Source: Podospora anserina
Taxonomy: Eukaryota
Length of the DNA stretch: 64,000 bases
Direction: 5' to 3'
Assembly (NCBI GenBank): GCA_017654855.1
Contig: CM030335.1
Coordinates: 2,294,001 to 2,358,000, forward strand
Part shown: one piece after another, positions 60,901-64,000 of the stretch
How the letters are laid out: every line of letters starts with the position of its first letter
Position numbering within the stretch: the first letter of the stretch is position 1
Translations under genes and position numbers: made by a program
The notes under the pieces: model-generated
The model's input: only the letters and a program-made list of their open reading frames with translations
Database searches by the model: none
What the model was told of the DNA's origin: nothing

Positions 60901-63900
60901 GCGGATCATTTGCTGCGTAGAGATGGCGGCGATGGTCACAGACCTATCCACAACAGGCTGGATGATCTCTTGCAGCGCGCGCGTGAGAGCTTGACGGACA
61001 ATGTCGTGCAGCTTCGCGGCGCTGACAACCTCGGTGGACGGGACGCTCAGGTTGGGCCCCAAGTCGGGGATGGCAAGAGCCGGGTGCGAGACAAGTGAGC
61101 TGTTCACTCCCGTCATGCCGTTGAGGGATAGGCTCTCAAAACTGTCGAGATTATCTGGCCCAACCAAGTCACCCACGTCCTCGAGAGGAGGCCGGTTCAA
61201 GATCTCACCAGATGGCTCGATCGCCTCATGATCGAGATCGAGGCACTTGCAGAGCACCTCGATCTCAAACTTGAGATTGAGCTTGAGCTCGGCGTTGTGA
61301 TAGAGTTCAATGAGGAGGTGGATAATGTCCATGAGCCAGGGGTTCGGCGGTTTGAACACGTTCGAGTTGGCTGCCTGGGTCAAGACCTTGCAGACAAAGG
61401 GGATGACGACAATGAGACGCTTGGTATCGAGGGCTTCGATCAGGAGTTGCCTGAAGGCGATGTTGCTGTGCTTGATAGGCTTGTCACGAGCAAGGGTCAA
61501 CAGGCCAAGCCAGCCACCCAGATTCTTGAGGTGAGTCCTCTCGGTCGAATTCGACTGCGTCTGCTCCGAGTTGAGCATGCGCTGGACGCTGACATAGGTC
61601 TCCCTCAGAACTTCGGTCCACAGCAGCCTATCCTCAAACTGCTTCACCAGCTCGAGGTAGACATGGTGGTAGTTCGGCTGCATCTTGGCGCGCTCCTCTA
61701 CCAGGTGACTGGCGAACCACTGCTGGTGCTTGACATCCAGCATCTTCTGGAGCTCCTTGAATATCGACTGTAGGGTCGTGTCGGTGGCGTTATTGAGAGC
61801 AAACTGGATTTTGCCCTGGGCATCGGGTGTGGGGTCTTCGTAGCTGATCCCGGCGGGAGGTGGGCCAACATTGATGGACAGGAACGGGGGAGGGTGCTGT
61901 TCCGAGCTGAGACTGTCCTCTAGACCGCCATTGGTCAGTTGCTTGTCACTGCCGGCGATGGCTGGAAGACCGTTGCGAAGGGTTCGGGCCAACTCCTCGT
62001 CATGCTCACGAACCACCTCTTCCGCCTTCCTGTACGCCTCCGTTCCCTGTAGTCCGGGTATCAGGATCAAGTCCTTGCAGAACGCAGGCCATTCCCGCAG
62101 CCGGCCAAAGAGCTGCATGAGCGCCTGAAGACCGAACTTGTACATGGGCTCCTCGGGACGATTCTCCTTGACGGCCTGCAAGATCATACCCAAGCCAATT
62201 TTGAGGGGGAGTCTCGATATCAACTTGTGAGAGATTATCCCACCGAAGAGCACTGCTGTAGTGGCGAGGGCCTCGAGAGGATAGTCGACATAATGGGCGT
62301 ATTCGTCAAACAGACCGTGAATCATGCACGCGAAAATGTCCTGCTCCAGCGGCACACGCGAATGTTTGTAGTGTTCGAGAACCTCGACCACACTGCGAAC
62401 CTGCAATTCATCGCCGTACATTTTCTTGTAGTGCTCTTCCATCCTGGTCGTAGCTGCTGGTGCAAGCATATTCCCGCCCCGCCCATTGTCATCGATGATG
62501 TCGTCGTAACCTTCCCCATAGTTAATCAGGCGGGGGTAAGCTGTTATGCAGTGTCTCTGAACATTAATCAGATCCACAACAGGGGCTTTCAGGTTGAACC
62601 TGTCCAAAATGTCGAGCATCATATAGACTGTTTTGACCTGCAAGGGTGTGTGGGCTTGTCCATTGTCTCCGCTCCGCTGATACGTCTGCTCCAGGTTCGT
62701 TTTTATCAACAGAAACTGATTTATGGCCCTGGCCATCTCGCCGGGTCGCTCAGCGTTCTGGCTTGCCCACTGCTCCAAGTTCAGAAAACCTTGCGCATGC
62801 GCATAGGCAACGAGATCAAGCCCGAAGCCAGTGGGAAGGAAAACCAGCTCCTGGAGCCACTTGTGCCTCACCGCAAACTCGAAGATGGTTGGCAAGACAA
62901 TAGGCTTGAGAGCATGCTGTTCTTCCAGCCGCTGCATGACCCACACCTTGTCCCGTCTCCAGAGGCTTTCCATCACAAAGTCGGAGGTCGGTGTCTTGTT
63001 GATCAGAAACCCCTCGAATAGCGACGCCAGCGTCTCTTCGGCCATTGTGGGCCACGGCTTAGGAACCCCAAAGGCTGAGGTGACAAAGACATGTAGATTA
63101 GGCACAACGACGTCTTGAAACAGGCGCTTCGCCTCTGTGCTCTGTGAGGCATGCATCGAGTGCAGAGCCACATTGAAGACAGCAGACAAAGCAGCCTCGG
63201 AGACCAGTGGGTGTCTAACGGCGAGGGCAGCTATTTCCTGAATTGCCCGGTCGGATTGTACGTATTCGTCCACCGTAAACGTCGGCTTGAGGCCTGGGAT
63301 GGTTGTGGCATCCAGTTGCTCCGGGGTGAGTGAGGCATAGGCGCAAATGAAGGACAGCTGGGTTTCGGGATTCTCCCATTCTCCGCCCCACAGCCGTTGA
63401 ATGTTGAACCTGTCGAGATGCTCGAGCGCGATGGGTAATAATGCATTGTATAACCGCAGAAACTGCGCCGAAGTTACGCGTGCATTCGCATGGTCGAAAT
63501 ACGAAACGACATCCTGCCACTGGAAGCTGTCGGGCAGTATCCGCCTCAGGGCCGCAACGAGAATCGAGGGTTTGTGTGGCGGGGTCTGGCTGATGGTGGT
63601 GTACAGAAGCGCGGCAGATACTTGCTCTTCGGACAGTTGGATGTTGGAAGGTCGGTTCTGGAGGTAGCTCACGCATGTCTCCTCGTCCTTGGTGAAGGCT
63701 GACCCGACACGGTATATGTAGAGGGCCAGTGCATTCGGTGGCCTGTCGGCGAGGAGGCGAATCAGGTCCAGGGCCGCCAGAACCTGAGAGGGGGGCGGCT
63801 TTCCGTCTCCTCCTTGTGAATACCGCATCGACACCTTGTACTCCAACTCCTTCTTGGCGGCAGCATTGAAGTTTGGCGGGTGAAGTTGTATGAATCGGTC

Positions 63901-64000
63901 GAGCAGTTCGGCAACGAATTCGGCGGGCATGTCCATGTGTTCCCCAGTCGGTCGACTCAAGATATTCACAAAGGTTGGGTAGTTGGTAGACAAAATGGCA
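57943..64000 (-). CDS. NOT1: CCR4-NOT complex scaffold subunit Not1 (5' end outside the window)
   Basis: An ORF of about 2000 aa with CMIHGLFDEY..YP..AL.TTAVLFG, LKNLGGWLG.LTLARDKPI, LKLNLKFEIEVLCK, PVVDRSVTIA, LFHDFPEYL and QPWGLVVT. The final intron at about 57988-58041 leads to VAARFEAILRPVVA* (TAG at 57943-57945). Confidence 0.96.

Overview
Eukaryotic, intron-containing DNA from a filamentous ascomycete (GT..AG introns with CTAAC/CTGAC branch sites). Gene content and composition suggest Sordariales, possibly Podospora-like, which is an inference. The window is mostly housekeeping genes: DNA2, TRAPPC11/Gryzun, NTF2 (six exons, missed by the ORF track), TVP18, AIM21-like, a bZIP/DUF3425 factor, seipin, a Hof1/Cdc15-type F-BAR-SH3 protein, an IMPACT/UPF0029 protein, OMS1, GDS1-like, L-galactonate dehydratase, DJ-1/PfpI, VIT1/CCC1 and the 3' part of NOT1. 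It also holds tRNA-Glu(UUC) with an intron and tRNA-Gly(GCC). Two inverted, disrupted paralogous kinase-like genes lie at about 30 kb and 50 kb. The most unusual signal is non-coding: at least four intergenic arrays (about 0.3, 11, 29.5 and 41 kb) of a degenerate 21-bp unit, made of a palindromic AGGCCT-type core plus a 15-bp oriented spacer. The period is kept almost exactly while the sequence drifts, and the unit orientation flips head-to-head inside the array without losing phase. Each array sits at a sharp G/T-rich to C/A-rich strand-composition switch. No function can be assigned from sequence alone.
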